Under the pieces are notes generated by a model. The model saw only the letters and a program-made list of their open reading frames with translations. It ran no database searches and was not told the DNA's origin. From assembly GCA_039096225.1 (NCBI GenBank), contig JBBPEB010000013.1:1054001-1118000 (forward strand): a stretch of 64,000 bases of DNA. Direction: 5' to 3'. Source of the DNA: Blastocystis sp. Blastoise (Eukaryota > Protista > Bigyra: Opalinata). Each line of letters starts with the position of its first letter. Within the stretch, counting starts at the first letter, position 1. Positions 36,929 to 64,000 of the stretch are shown in pieces. The translations under genes and the position numbers were made by a program.

Positions 36929-38684
36929 ATGAATAATTTAATTAAAATACAATCTATCAATCAGATTCGAAGTCTAAGCCATAACTTAATATTTATAAAG
37001 CAATCTTCATGTCTGATGAGACCTTTCACTTCTCTTCCTTATGGTCAGAATCATATAGTAAACAATCTAACAAATAATAGAGGTCAATATACAAATAATA
37101 ACAACAGAATATTTGTGCGTTATCATGGAGATCATTCTCATGCAGATGATCCTGTTATGCAAACAAAAGAAGCTAAAAAGATCACTTATGTTGGTTTAGG
37201 TATTAATGTAGCATTAAGTGCTGGTAAGGGTGCAGTTGGTATTATAGCTAACTCTTCTGCTATTTTAGCTGATGCTGCTCATTCATTAGGTGATTTATTA
37301 AGTGATTTTGTTACTTTAGGTGCTGTTAGTTTTTCTCGAAAGAAGTGTAATGACAAGTATCCTTTTGGATATGGTAAAATTGAATCTGTATATATTATTT
37401 ATTTAAATTCTCTCTTTTATTATTCTATATTATTATTTTCTTATTCACTATAGCTTGCTTCTTTCTTAGTAGGTGCTATTTTAGTAGGAACTGCTGGCGG
37501 TATATTTGTTCATGTATATAGAATATTTATTTTATAATATATATAATATATATAATATTCGTTATGTCATTTATATTATTAACTTTGTAATATCATGATT
37601 ATATATATATATATATATATATATATCTTTATAGGCATTTCATGCGTTGACAACATTATATCCATCATTTTTCTCATCATATTTACCATTCCTGATTCAA
37701 ACAGAAGTAGGTCATGTGCACAGTCACGTGCCTGAGATTGCTGCAAATACTAGTTTAGTGAATAATATGTCTTATGGAATATTATTAGCTAGTATGGCTT
37801 CAAAAGAATGGATATATCAATTAACGGAGAGATTAAGTAAGAAATTAAATAGTCCAGTATTACATGCTAATGCTTGGCATCATAGAACAGATGCACTTAC
37901 TTCTGTTATTGCTCTTATAGGAGTCGCAGGAAGAATATCTTTATATATATAATATATATCTTATTTTATTACTCAATATTTTGTATATATATATATAAGT
38001 ATTGTTATATATATACATTATATATATATTATTTATTATATATATATCTATATATATATATATCTATATATAACCTTAATTATTTGACGTTGCTGGTTAT
38101 CCAGTTCTAGACCCAATCATGGGTATGATTGTCGGTTACATGACGTTAGATGTTGGTGTACGCACGTGCCTTGATGTTCTTAATGATTTAACGGATATAT
38201 CCTGCTATCCTCATTATATATATATTTATATGAATATATATATTATTATTGTTTAATTATATTTATATATAATATTTATCTATACTATTCTATTTATCTT
38301 AATATATTTTTTCTTTAATTTATATACAAATCTATAAAATCAGAACAATTAGAAGCCATTCGAGCTGTAGCTATAAAGAATACTCCTGATTATTTAGAAG
38401 TCAAAAATGTTATAGCTAGAAAAAGTGGACCTCATATGTATATATATATAATTATTATTATATATCTATATACAATTATTATTATATTTATTAGAATATA
38501 GTATATTTGAATGATATATATATATAGTCATACACAGGTTACTTTAGGCTTAAAAGATCAAATACATTCAGTAGATGATATATTAAATGTTTCACATATA
38601 CTTAAAGAAGAAATACATGAATTAGGAAATATTCAAAGGGTAATTGTTGATTTTGAAGATAGTCAATATCATAATGAGCATTAA
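36929..38684 (+). CDS. Cation diffusion facilitator (MMT1/2/FieF-like) metal transporter with probable mitochondrial presequence; 5 introns, 2 of them U12
   Basis: ADAAHSLGDLLSD, YPFGYGKIES, ANAWHHRTD, LDP, DLTD and RKSGP motifs; Arg/Ser-rich N-terminus. Confidence 0.93.
37935..38088 (+). other. U12-type AT-AC intron
   Basis: 5' ATATCTTT, branch AACCTTAAT, 3' TGAC. Removal restores GVAGR-VAGYPVLDP. Confidence 0.88.
38197..38327 (+). other. U12-type AT-AC intron
   Basis: 5' ATATCCTG, branch TTCTTTAAT, 3' TAC. Removal restores DLTD-KSIKSEQLEAIR. Confidence 0.85.
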
Positions 38685-39232
38685 CATTGTCATGAACATG
38701 AACATTGTCATAATCATGAACATGAACATAATCATGATGATCATAATCATGAACACTAAATAATAAACTATATATACCTTTCTCTTCATCAAGATTTTCA
38801 TTTTTCTTTTTTTTTTAAATTAACTTTTAGTTATTTTTTTATATGATTCATCTTCTACCTCTTCTATATGTATATATAATAGATTCTGTGAGTTAATTGT
38901 AGTTTTGTATAAAATATATTAAACTTAATAATAGAGAGATTAAAGCAATAATATCATAAAATCAACACATTTTTTAATTCTGTTTTTATGTTTATAAGTT
39001 TTCCAAGAAATATAAAAAAATAAAAAGAGTCATTTATTATGACAAAAGAAATAAATAATTTATTTAAAATATATATATATAGATAAATATAGATATTAAA
39101 AAAGATGAAATAAAGAAAAATGAAGCAAGAAGTTTTAAAGTAATAATATATATATATATATTATAGGTTAAATCGTTTTTAATCATTTATGAATCAATTG
39201 ATTATGATATCTTATATATATATGGAAATTGA

Positions 39233-40584
39233 TTAATATTTAGGTAATACAGGTTTGGATTCAGCATCTTTTCTATCATCTTCATCAAGATCAAAAGTCA
39301 TATCTTGGATCATTCTATAATCCGGTCTACGAACGATACCCGGAGCAACTACATCATCATCAAGTTCAGCAGGTAAACGATCATAAATAAGACCTCTACG
39401 TTCAGGATTCATACCTGAAGGAGCAGGATGGACAGGATAATCAAGATCACGAGTAGTAATATCCTTATATTCTTTATCATCTTCTATTAAATCTTTATAA
39501 GACTTCATATTTTCAACTTGATGAATACCAGCAGACTATACATATAGTATTATTAGCATTATATGAATAAGAATAGTTAAGTTATTGCTATTATTAACAT
39601 TATTATTATTATTATTATTATTATATACAGCTAAACTATCTTTACACATTAAAGTGATTTCCATCAATTCATCAGGACTTAAATCACGAATCTTTTGAGC
39701 AGGAGCTCCAGCCCACATCTATATATATATAATAATTAAAATATAAGATAATAATAACAAATATCTATAATAATAAACATAATAAATATAATAATATACT
39801 TCACCTGAGTGAATAGTTTTATTAGGAGGAACAACAGATCCAGGAGCAACAGCAGATTGTGATTCCATAACAACATTATCTAATATTGTACTTCCAGCTC
39901 CAACTAAACAATTATCACCAATAGTAACAGCATGAACCTTACAACCAATATCAATAATAATATAGATATAATAATATAATAAACATAATAATAATAAATA
40001 TAATATAATATAATAAACATAATAATAATAAATATAATATAATATAATAAACATAATAATAATAAATATAATATAATAAACATAATAATAATAAATATAA
40101 TAATAAAGCTAAACATACCAATAATAGTATTATTACCAATAATAGTAGGGATTTCTTTACCTATATGATTGACATGAATACAAACGTTTTCTTTGATGTG
40201 ACTGTTTTCACCAATAGTAACGGGAGCAACATCACCTATATATAATTAATTTTTATCTTATACTACAAATGAGAAATAAAATTTTAAAAAAAACTAAAAA
40301 AATGATTGTTTAAAATCATATATATATAAATACATACCTCTGACAATACTGTTATACCAAACAGATGAATTTTTAGCAAGAGTAACATTACCAGAAATAC
40401 AAGCAGAAGGAGCGACGAAAGCAGATTCACCAAAAGAAGGTTTTGCTTGACCATATGATAAATTTTGAACAGAAGGACATACTGCTTCAACTACAGCATA
40501 TTTTCCTTGTATAGCAGCACCACATTTATCAATGGCTCTACCCATGGATCTGCAAATACTTTCAAAACCTCTTGCAATAGCCAT
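39233..40584 (-). CDS. Gamma-carbonic anhydrase-like protein (complex I CA subunit type); 4 introns
   Basis: MGRAIDKCG N-terminus; hexapeptide repeats FVAPSACISGNV, SSVWYNSIVRGD, TIIGNNTII, CLVGAGSTILD; GEMWAGAPA. Confidence 0.92.
39952..40118 (-). other. Non-canonical GT-TG intron in gamma-CA
   Basis: att att g|gtatgt...tattattg|at att ggt restores NNTIIDIGCKVHA. I found no usable in-frame AG. Confidence 0.6.
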
Positions 40585-41053
40585 ATTTCTATAGAAATAG
40601 GAATTACTCTTATAAATCGTTTTTATTTAGATTCTCATTTTTATATAAATAGTTAAAAGCATTTCATATAAAAAAGATAAATAAATACATTATATCCTTT
40701 ATGTATTGTAAAAATATTGATTCTCAAAAAATAAGCCAAGTTCTCTGAATGATGGATCTTCAATTTTCCCTAATAAATCCACTTTTGTATATACTTTTTG
40801 TGGAGACGACGCATCCATTTTTTTAAGAAAGTAGAAAATTATTGTTTTGAGATATTTTTCTTTTTTTTTAATAATTTGCTGTAAAAATTAAAATATTCAT
40901 GAAAATATTACTTTTCGTTGTTTAACAAAAAAAATGTCTTTTTTTATAATAAAAGAAAATATTTTCGTGATTTTTGGAATCAGTTGCGCTGTATTCTTAA
41001 AAATAGATATGAAACAATTTAAATAATCATTTTTTTGATTAAACTACATCAAT

Positions 41054-45627
<4,574 letters not shown>

Positions 45628-46113
45628 GGATATATGTGTTTTTTTTATTCTATTGATTTTATTGTTGTTTTTATATTAATTCATGTATATATCTATATAT
45701 ATAAATTGTAATGAGAGTTCTATTCTATTGTTATATTATATTTATCTATATTATATCTCTATGTTGTTACAGTTTATATATATATATATATTCAACGTTC
45801 ATTATTCATAAAGAATTTTTATTTATTTTTATGTTTTTTGTAGTGTTTTTAGTTTTAAAGTGATTTACAATATTTTTCATTTTTAGTTCATTATATATAT
45901 ATATATATTTAAAAAAAAATTGATTCGTTTGGATTTGAAGTGAAATCCTTTTATTTCTTTGTTTTATTGTTTTGTTATTATTAATAAATATTATTTCATT
46001 ATATATCAGGAATAAATATAAAATAACAAAACAAATAGTAGTTTAAATTATAAAAATATAAATAAATAGGTATTAGTCGTTCATGAAATAATATGAATAT
46101 ATATATAATATTT

Positions 46114-46548
46114 TTAGTCTTCATCTTCATCATCAGAATCTCCATCAACTTCTCTGTTTTCTAATTCAATACGTTTCAATAAACCATCTAATTCTACATC
46201 TTCATTCTTTTGAGTAACACGAGGCTATTCATAATATATAACAGTTATTTTAAATATATAATTAATATAAAATATATAAATTAATATATATATATAATTA
46301 TTATAAAATATATAAATTAATATATATATAATTAATATATATATATAATTAATATAAAATATATAATTAATATAAATATAAATACAGAAGATTTAACAAC
46401 TAGTTTGCCTCCGTGTTCTTTAATTCTAGTATCAATAGCTTGAATAGCATCTTCTAAGAGTTGAACACCTTCTTTCTCACTAGTATGAGTAGTAGTAACT
46501 ACATAAAGTGGGGGAGCAATCAAACTAATCTATATATATATATATAGT

Positions 46549-46580
<32 letters not shown>

Positions 46581-46982
46581 TATATATATATACATGTATG
46601 GGATTCTTCTCTGTACCTAAAGCAATTCCTTGATACTATATATTTATATAATAAATAATATTAATATATATATATATATATAATATAAATAAAATATAAT
46701 AAATAAAATATAAATAAAATATAATAAATAATATTAATAGAATTATAAATAAAATATAATAAATAGAATAATAATATAATAAAATAATAAATAGAATAAT
46801 AATATATACCATAGCATCCTTAATACCATCAATACCAATACTAGTACAACAACTGACTTCGATATCCGCACGAATCTTCTTTGGTTGACTGGCCATCTTT
46901 TCACGGATATCATGTAATAAGGCTTCTTTAATATCTTCATCTATAGTCACATACTTAAATACACTCTCTGGATCACTATATA

Positions 46983-47024
<42 letters not shown>

Positions 47025-47766
47025 TAAATAAACATAATAATAAAACATAATAATAAAACATAATAATAAAATAAAGGTATAAAATATAACATAATATAAA
47101 CTACATACTTAACAGCAACAAGGAAAGCTTTATAACAATGTTCATAAATCTTAGATAAAGGCCAAACTATCTTAGTATATAAATCGTCTATATCACAACC
47201 TAATTCTACAGACACATGACCTATTATATTTTGTACTTTTTTACCCATTTGATATTTTTCATCAGCAGCTTCAATATCTTCCGGAGGAACCTTACGTTTA
47301 GAAAGATCAACATAACCTTTAAAATAATATAATATATATATATATAGAATATATAGTGATTATGAAAATGATAAGAAAAATATATATACTTTAAAAACAT
47401 ATATTTTATTACAAAACATATAATATGTTACAAAAACATACCTTTATCTTCATCAACTCTAATGACACAAAAAGCTTCGATACGACCAATTCTAATTAAC
47501 TTTGGGATAGAACGAATACGACGTCTAGATAATTCAGAAGTAGGTACAAAACCTTCAATTCCATTATATTCAAGAAGACTTACATAAACACCAATATCTT
47601 CAATTTTTATAACTTTAGCCATAACAACTGAATCTACTTTAGGGAATTTTTCTTCATAGAAACGATGATGAACACGAGAGTATTCTTCTTGAGCATTTTG
47701 TTCTAATAAAAAATAGAGTTGATGAAATGTATTATGTAACGTACCTTCAATATATTCAGAATCCAT
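46114..47766 (-). CDS. EIF2S1: Translation initiation factor eIF2-alpha; 6 introns
   Basis: [30 protein letters not shown] (Ser51 context), [29 protein letters not shown] and an acidic tail. Confidence 0.97.
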
Positions 47767-48148
47767 TACTATTTAATAATTTATAAGTGAATATAATCTT
47801 AATTTAATTACTTGAAGAATTTATGAATATTTTTTACCAAACATTTCTTGAAATGAATTCCCTTGATTTTCTATATTTTCCCGTGACTATTTTCTTATTG
47901 TTTTAATTTTATAAAAAAGTCTTTTTTTTTAATTGTTTTGTTTAATTATTTTGTTTATAGAGTGATGTTGAATTGTAAAGACATACTACCTTTGAAACAA
48001 TATTCTAAAAAGTCACAATTAAAATTAATACTTTGTTAATGTGTTTAAAATGATAGTATAACGAATCGTTTGATACTAAAAGTAGTTTCTCTTCATTGTT
48101 GAGTCATGTCCATGAATAAAACAACAACATATACATGATAAACTTTAA

Positions 48149-49376
48149 TTATTTCAATAATTGCTGACAATTATATAAAACTTTACTTTGTTTTTCATTC
48201 TGTTGAAGTCTTTCAGAAGTCTCATGAATCTTTGCATCAATATTACTAATAAAACTCTTCAAATTTTTAATTCTTTCTTCTTTCCAACATCTTTGTTCTT
48301 CTTCAATATACTCATTTCTTAAATGTCTATAGAATGTTAAATAATATTCAAAATGATCTTTTGATGATTTTAAACTTGAATAAATCTTAGACTCATTCGT
48401 TTCTTTAAATATATTTGAAAAATCTTCAGAACCTTTATATAAATATATTAGTATGATAATGAATTATTATTAGAGTATATATATTTATATATAGATACAC
48501 CAAGGAGATAAATAAATAGTTTGTCGATCATAATCCTCTTTTGTTTTCTATATTAAACATAATAATAATAAGAATAATAAGAAATTTAAAAAAACATAAT
48601 AATAAACACAATAATAAGAAATATAATAATAAATACAATAATAAAAAATAGCATAATAAATATAATAATAACAGCACTTATATACTTTATTTGAACCATA
48701 ATAATTTTCCATTTCTAAAACAAATTTAAATGTATATTCTTTGAAAAATATAAATAAAGAATCAAAAAATAATATATTATTGCTTCCATATAAATATAAA
48801 GAACGCTTTATATAGGATAAAACAATGTCAATATCATATTTAATAATTATTTCACATTCTCGTTGTATCCAAGGAGATAAATAACTATCAATTTCATGAT
48901 TCTTTGGAAGAATTTGTTTATAGTTATCATGGAAAGGAAATAAATTTTGTTTATAACTATATTGACATAGAAATTACCATTAGTTGTTTATCAATAATAT
49001 TTTTATATTTAAAAGTATATATGAGCATTATATACATAATATATCGAAAATTCTCACATGTGTGTGAAATAAACACACCATTAGTATTGAATACATCATA
49101 TCTAAAAGAAAAAAATACATAAATGAGCAAATATCTTTTGAATATATATACATGTATGGACTTTCAATATTTGATATTATTTGATTCGGTGTTTGACGAC
49201 ATAAAGGACAAGAATTCTTATCTTTCAACCATCGAGTAATACAATTAAAACAAAACATATGATTACATGGTATTAACAATGATAAATTCTATATATATTG
49301 TGTGATTATATGCTATATTTATTAAAAGAAGACGTCATACAGTAAACCTAGAAAAACAAATTGGACACTGATTCAT
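48149..49376 (-). CDS. C3HC4 RING E3 ligase, TOPORS/Psh1-like; 5 introns
   Basis: MNQCPIC...PCNHMFCFNCITRW...CPLCR, followed by LSPWIQRE and FVLEMENY...DYD segments. Confidence 0.8.
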
Positions 49377-49663
49377 TAATTTTCGTTTATTACACACAGA
49401 ATCATTCGATTCTTATTAAATCAATGTATACTATAATAACTCTTTAAAATATATGTTGAATAATACAAATCAATATTTCTTTTCTTATTCATGGGAATAA
49501 AAGAGATGAAACAAGTATACTTTTATTATTGTTTTTTTAAAGTTCTTTTAACTTTATCATCAGATAAGAAAGTTTTAATTAAAAGATATTCACAGAATAT
49601 TCATAAGAAAAACTATATTTGTCTGATTTATATATTCAATTGAACTTATTTTTTTATTCAAGG

Positions 49664-59963
<10,300 letters not shown>

Positions 59964-60742
59964 AAACAAAATTTTTTTTTGAAATGTTCTCTTTCTTCTT
60001 CCTTTTTATTTTATTTTATTATTATTAGATACTCTTTTCTTTTAAAAATATTATATATATATAATTTACAAAATTATTATTTGATAACTTTTTTTTATTA
60101 TCATTTTATATTTTCTTTTCTTTTTTTTTCTATCATTTTAACTTTATTATGGTTATTTATGCTGATCATGGTATTTATTTATAATATTTGGTTGTGTTCG
60201 AAAGGTTTATAATCATAGAAATGTTTTTTACAAAGAAATTGCTATCATTTTTGTTTTATAGTGCATTATATGTTCTTGACGATATTTAATTGATTATTGT
60301 GCATCATATATATACTTATTTTTATGAGTAGTTTCACTTGTTTTATAACAAAAAAAAGATAATTGCGTTTTTATTTATCAAATTTCTTTTCTACAGTTAC
60401 AAATCATTCTTCTTATAGAATCAATGATATAAACGTACTCAATATATACACAACTCAATGAAATATTAATTTTTAATACTTTTTATAAAAACATAAAATA
60501 ATCCATATTAATTTAATAAAGTCACAGAAAATAATTAAATAATCATGGGAGTTCAGTTTCAAGGAAAACTCTATTTTTATAAATAGAAGAAAGAATCAAA
60601 ATAATTTTTGTGAAAATTTTTGTTTTCGCAGAGAGATTTTTATTATTTTCAAGTTTTCTTCGAGAAAAACCAAAATATTCTTTTCTTTTTATAAAAAGTT
60701 ATATAAATTATTTCTTTGTGTTCGTAAAGTAAATCATCAAAT

Positions 60743-61321
60743 ATGGATCCCATTCATGAAGACAGTTCTAGAATGTCTACTGGTACTACAATTATTGCAG
60801 CTACCTTTAAAGATGGTGTTATTGTAGCTTCTGATTCAAGAGCTTCTGCTGGTAGTTGGGTAGCAAATAGAGTTACAGATAAATTAGAATTATTATATGA
60901 TAGAATATATGTATGTAGATCTGGTTCTGCATCTGATACACAAACTATTGCTTCATATACTCGTTATTATTTAGATCAATTCAGGTATTTTCTTGTTTTT
61001 CTACTATTGTTATTTATTTATTTATTATTATAATTTATTCTATTTGCTTTATTGTGTATAAATATATTGAATATATTGATTTTTTTTAATAAATCAAGAA
61101 AATATATAAATACTATAAATATATATTGTTTATAGAACAAATTATGGTTTAGAACCTACTGTAAAGAATGCTGCTACACTTTTAAGAAGACTTATTTATG
61201 ATAATAAAGATAATTTAACTGCAGGAATGATTGTAGCAGGTTGGGATGATATAGAAGGTCCATCAGTATATAGTATTCCTATTGAAGGGTCCTTAATAAA
61301 AGATCGTATTGCTCTTGGTGG

Positions 61322-61352
<31 letters not shown>

Positions 61353-61921
61353 TGATTTATATATATATTATTTGATTTATATTTATTATTTAATTTATAT
61401 ATATTATTTAATTTATATTTATATTTATATATTTGATTTATATTTATATATATTATTTGATTTATATTTATATATATATTATTTGATATATATTTATAAT
61501 TATATTATTTATGGTATATAAAAAAAAGTAGTTATTTATTATTTTATTATATACTTCTAGGTTCTGGTTCTTCTTATATATATGGTTTTGTGGATAGTAA
61601 TTATCGTGATAATATGACTCAAGAAGAATGCTTAGACTTTATAAGAAAAGGTATAATTCTATTTGTTTTATTATTATGTTTATTATATTTATGTTTATTA
61701 TATTTATTATATTTATTATATTTATTATTATTATATTTATTATAAAAGATACTATATATACTCTCTATATAACATATAAATAATAATATATTATATATAT
61801 AGCTGTTCAATTAGCTATATCTCGTGATGGTTATTCTGGCGGTTTTGTTAATACTGCTGTTATCACAAAGGATGGCGTTGTTAAAACTAGAATGTATGAA
61901 AAAGATTTTATTTATCATTAA
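60743..61921 (+). CDS. PSMB6: 20S proteasome subunit beta-1; 3 introns
   Basis: Propeptide then G|[51 protein letters not shown] and RDGYSGG. Confidence 0.96.
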
Positions 61922-62171
61922 ACTAATTATTCATCTTTTTTTAAAATGTATTCTATTTTTATTAGTATTATTTCTCAAACAAAATTTCATATATTCTTGT
62001 CTATTTTATGATTATATATGATTTTTTAAAACTATATCTATTTTTTTCATTTATTTAAATTTAGTTTTGTTTATAATTGAATAAATTTATATATATATAC
62101 TAATTCTTCACATCAATATCATTATAAACAAAAAACATTGACTGTTTTTATATAATTTTTTAAACAACAAT

Positions 62172-62471
62172 TTAATCATTAATAGGAAATAAGAGCATCA
62201 TCATTTTTTCTTCTTCAATTTGTTGACTCAGCGTCTTTTGCTTCTTTTCTTTTTCTTTTTCTTTTTCTTTTTCCTCGAGAGCAACGTTTTCTTGCCGATT
62301 CTGCATTTCTTCAAGTTGTTGTTGATGATAATTGGGAATTGTTCTAGCACAAAAGTCATAAGATCGTTTATCGAGATAATAATCAAAAGCTGTATGACCT
62401 ATTGGAATAAAAAATCCTAGCGTTGCACCTGCTATAAACCAATGAATACCATTTTGAATGATCGTAGACAT
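62172..62471 (-). CDS. Small hypothetical protein (99 aa) with an N-terminal hydrophobic segment and a charged coiled-coil-like tail
   Basis: Intact ORF; WFIAGATLGFFIPIG then a Q/E/K-rich region. Confidence 0.6.
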   Translation of the reverse strand: MSTIIQNGIHWFIAGATLGFFIPIGHTAFDYYLDKRSYDFCARTIPNYHQQQLEEMQNRQENVALEEKEKEKEKEKKQKTLSQQIEEEKMMMLLFPIND

Positions 62472-62973
62472 TTTTTTGCTTTTATTAATTTGAACGAATT
62501 TCAGAATCCATTGTTCTTCTTAGTAATACTAAATATGAAATAATAATCATATCTGTAAAAACAATAAGGATATATAATGAGACGAAGAAATGTTATTTTG
62601 GTTTTCATTATTGATACATCAAATATGTAGCAATTGATGATGAATTTGTATTAATGTATACATTATTTCTCAGATGGGTCCTTCGATAATTAAATATATT
62701 TTATTATCTTATTGAGTATCGAAAAGAAAGTTTAATATAGTAGTAATTTATTAGCAATAACAATAATAGTAGTATTAAACACATATAAATATCATGTTAC
62801 TAATAAAGAATTTCTAAGAATATCTTTTAGACTAATGTTTATTTAAAAAACAACATAAAATAAATACAAAACGAAAAATATGTTTAATATATCTTAAGTA
62901 ATAAAATGAATTCATTTCATATTCTATTTCAATACATACAACAAACAAGATATAGATATATAATAAAAAATAA

Positions 62974-64000
62974 TTATTCCTTTAAACATTCTTCTAAAGA
63001 TAAATCTTGATACTTACATACATTTAAAATAGTATTCTTAACTCCTTCTATATATTGAATAGCTTCTGATTGTAAGAATGCAGGTGTTGCATAAGTACAA
63101 TTCAATATACATCCATAATCATTTATAGTAAAAGAATGAATATTAATACCACCCATATTTGGGAATACTCTACTAACTGCAAGAAAATGAATAGAATCTA
63201 AATGAAAAGGATGAATTCCTTTATATTCTTGTTGAATACAAGTAACACCTAAAGTACATGCAGTTAAAGATTGACCTGGTAATTTAGTAAAATCAAAAGT
63301 ATCCATAATTTTGAAGAAATCATAAATTTGAGTACGATTTTCTAATTCTTTATATAATTTATCTTTTATTTCTTTACATATTGTCCAAAATAAATCATTT
63401 GAATTTAATTCTTCACGTACATAAATAGCAGCAGCTCCACAAACTAAATCTTCGTGTTGAATTGGATGTTTAAAATGAACACGATTTATTGTTGTAGCAG
63501 GTGTTTGAAAACGAAATATTTTTGGAAATTCAGAATGAAATAATTTCATTTGATTTATTGCAGAAGATAACCATAATAATGATTGAAATGTACATCCATG
63601 TTGATGACATATATTAATCACAGTTTGAAGTTCATTTGAAGGTAAAAAAGCAATATCACTTTGAAAACGAGTATTTTCTATTTTATCTCCTTCATGAAGT
63701 TTTGTTGGTGGAGAATATATATCACCAGTTACACTCTCATAATAAGTATTATGCCAATCTTGAGGAATTTCTATCTCACCTTGAACACTAACCCATTTTC
63801 TTGAAAGAGGAAACTCTTTTGGAGGATTTGAAAGATAGGAAAGTAATGAATGAGCTACTTGCATCGAAGATAATGCATCACAACAAGCATGATTAAAACA
63901 TCCAATAATAACAGTACAATTCTTCTTCATATCTACTAAAATCTTATAGCAACAACTCTTTATACGAGTATCATCATTAGAAACTTTTCTTACAAATGAC
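62974..64000 (-). CDS. Condensation-domain/alcohol acetyltransferase-like (PapA5/ATF-type) acyltransferase, 5' end outside the window
   Basis: HxxxD motif FNHACCDALS; ICHQHGCTFQSLL; FWTICKEIK. The frame stays open upstream of the ORF-track ATG to the window edge. Confidence 0.75.
   Translation of the reverse strand, partial: SFVRKVSNDDTRIKSCCYKILVDMKKNCTVIIGCFNHACCDALSSMQVAHSLLSYLSNPPKEFPLSRKWVSVQGEIEIPQDWHNTYYESVTGDIYSPPTKLHEGDKIENTRFQSDIAFLPSNELQTVINICHQHGCTFQSLLWLSSAINQMKLFHSEFPKIFRFQTPATTINRVHFKHPIQHEDLVCGAAAIYVREELNSNDLFWTICKEIKDKLYKELENRTQIYDFFKIMDTFDFTKLPGQSLTACTLGVTCIQQEYKGIHPFHLDSIHFLAVSRVFPNMGGINIHSFTINDYGCILNCTYATPAFLQSEAIQYIEGVKNTILNVCKYQDLSLEECLKE

Noticed and set aside
38682-38684. 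TAA reassigned to Glu/Gln (alternative genetic code)
   Set aside because: TAA is the normal terminator of essentially every gene here, and I found no other internal TAA in conserved exons.

Overview
Very AT-rich, intron-dense eukaryotic DNA. It is most consistent with a stramenopile protist of the Blastocystis/Opalinata type, but that assignment is inferred, not proven. I spliced 22 protein-coding genes by hand (about 120 introns, mostly GTATAT...TATAG and filled with TA/TAT microsatellites): long-chain acyl-CoA synthetase (partial), a head-to-head GMD + GDP-fucose synthase pair, a small basic protein, a UEV-domain/TKL kinase fusion, threonine dehydrogenase, a 2-Cys peroxiredoxin, a signal-peptide MEMO1-AMMECR1 fusion, an SLC25A39/40-like carrier, DPH5, a TRIP12/Ufd4-like HECT ligase, a Puf4/5-type PUF, Arp2, a CDF metal transporter, a gamma-carbonic anhydrase-like protein, TTC7/Ypp1, eIF2-alpha, a TOPORS/Psh1-like RING, a ~3000-aa secreted lectin/Ig mosaic, proteasome beta1, a small hypothetical protein and an HxxxD acyltransferase (partial). 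Main observations: (1) four phase-0 AT-AC U12-type introns; (2) five introns that require non-canonical ends (TT-AG, CT-AG, GT-TG), where the odd base always copies the exon base across the junction, so either real biology or an RNA-polishing artefact; (3) a secreted, apparently catalytically degenerate AmmeMemo fusion; (4) a UEV-kinase fusion; (5) a Cys-rich insert inside a HECT domain; (6) a His-rich tail behind an in-frame TAA; (7) apparent exonic enrichment of two CpG-containing palindromes. I recognised no rRNA, tRNA, CRISPR array or transposon.
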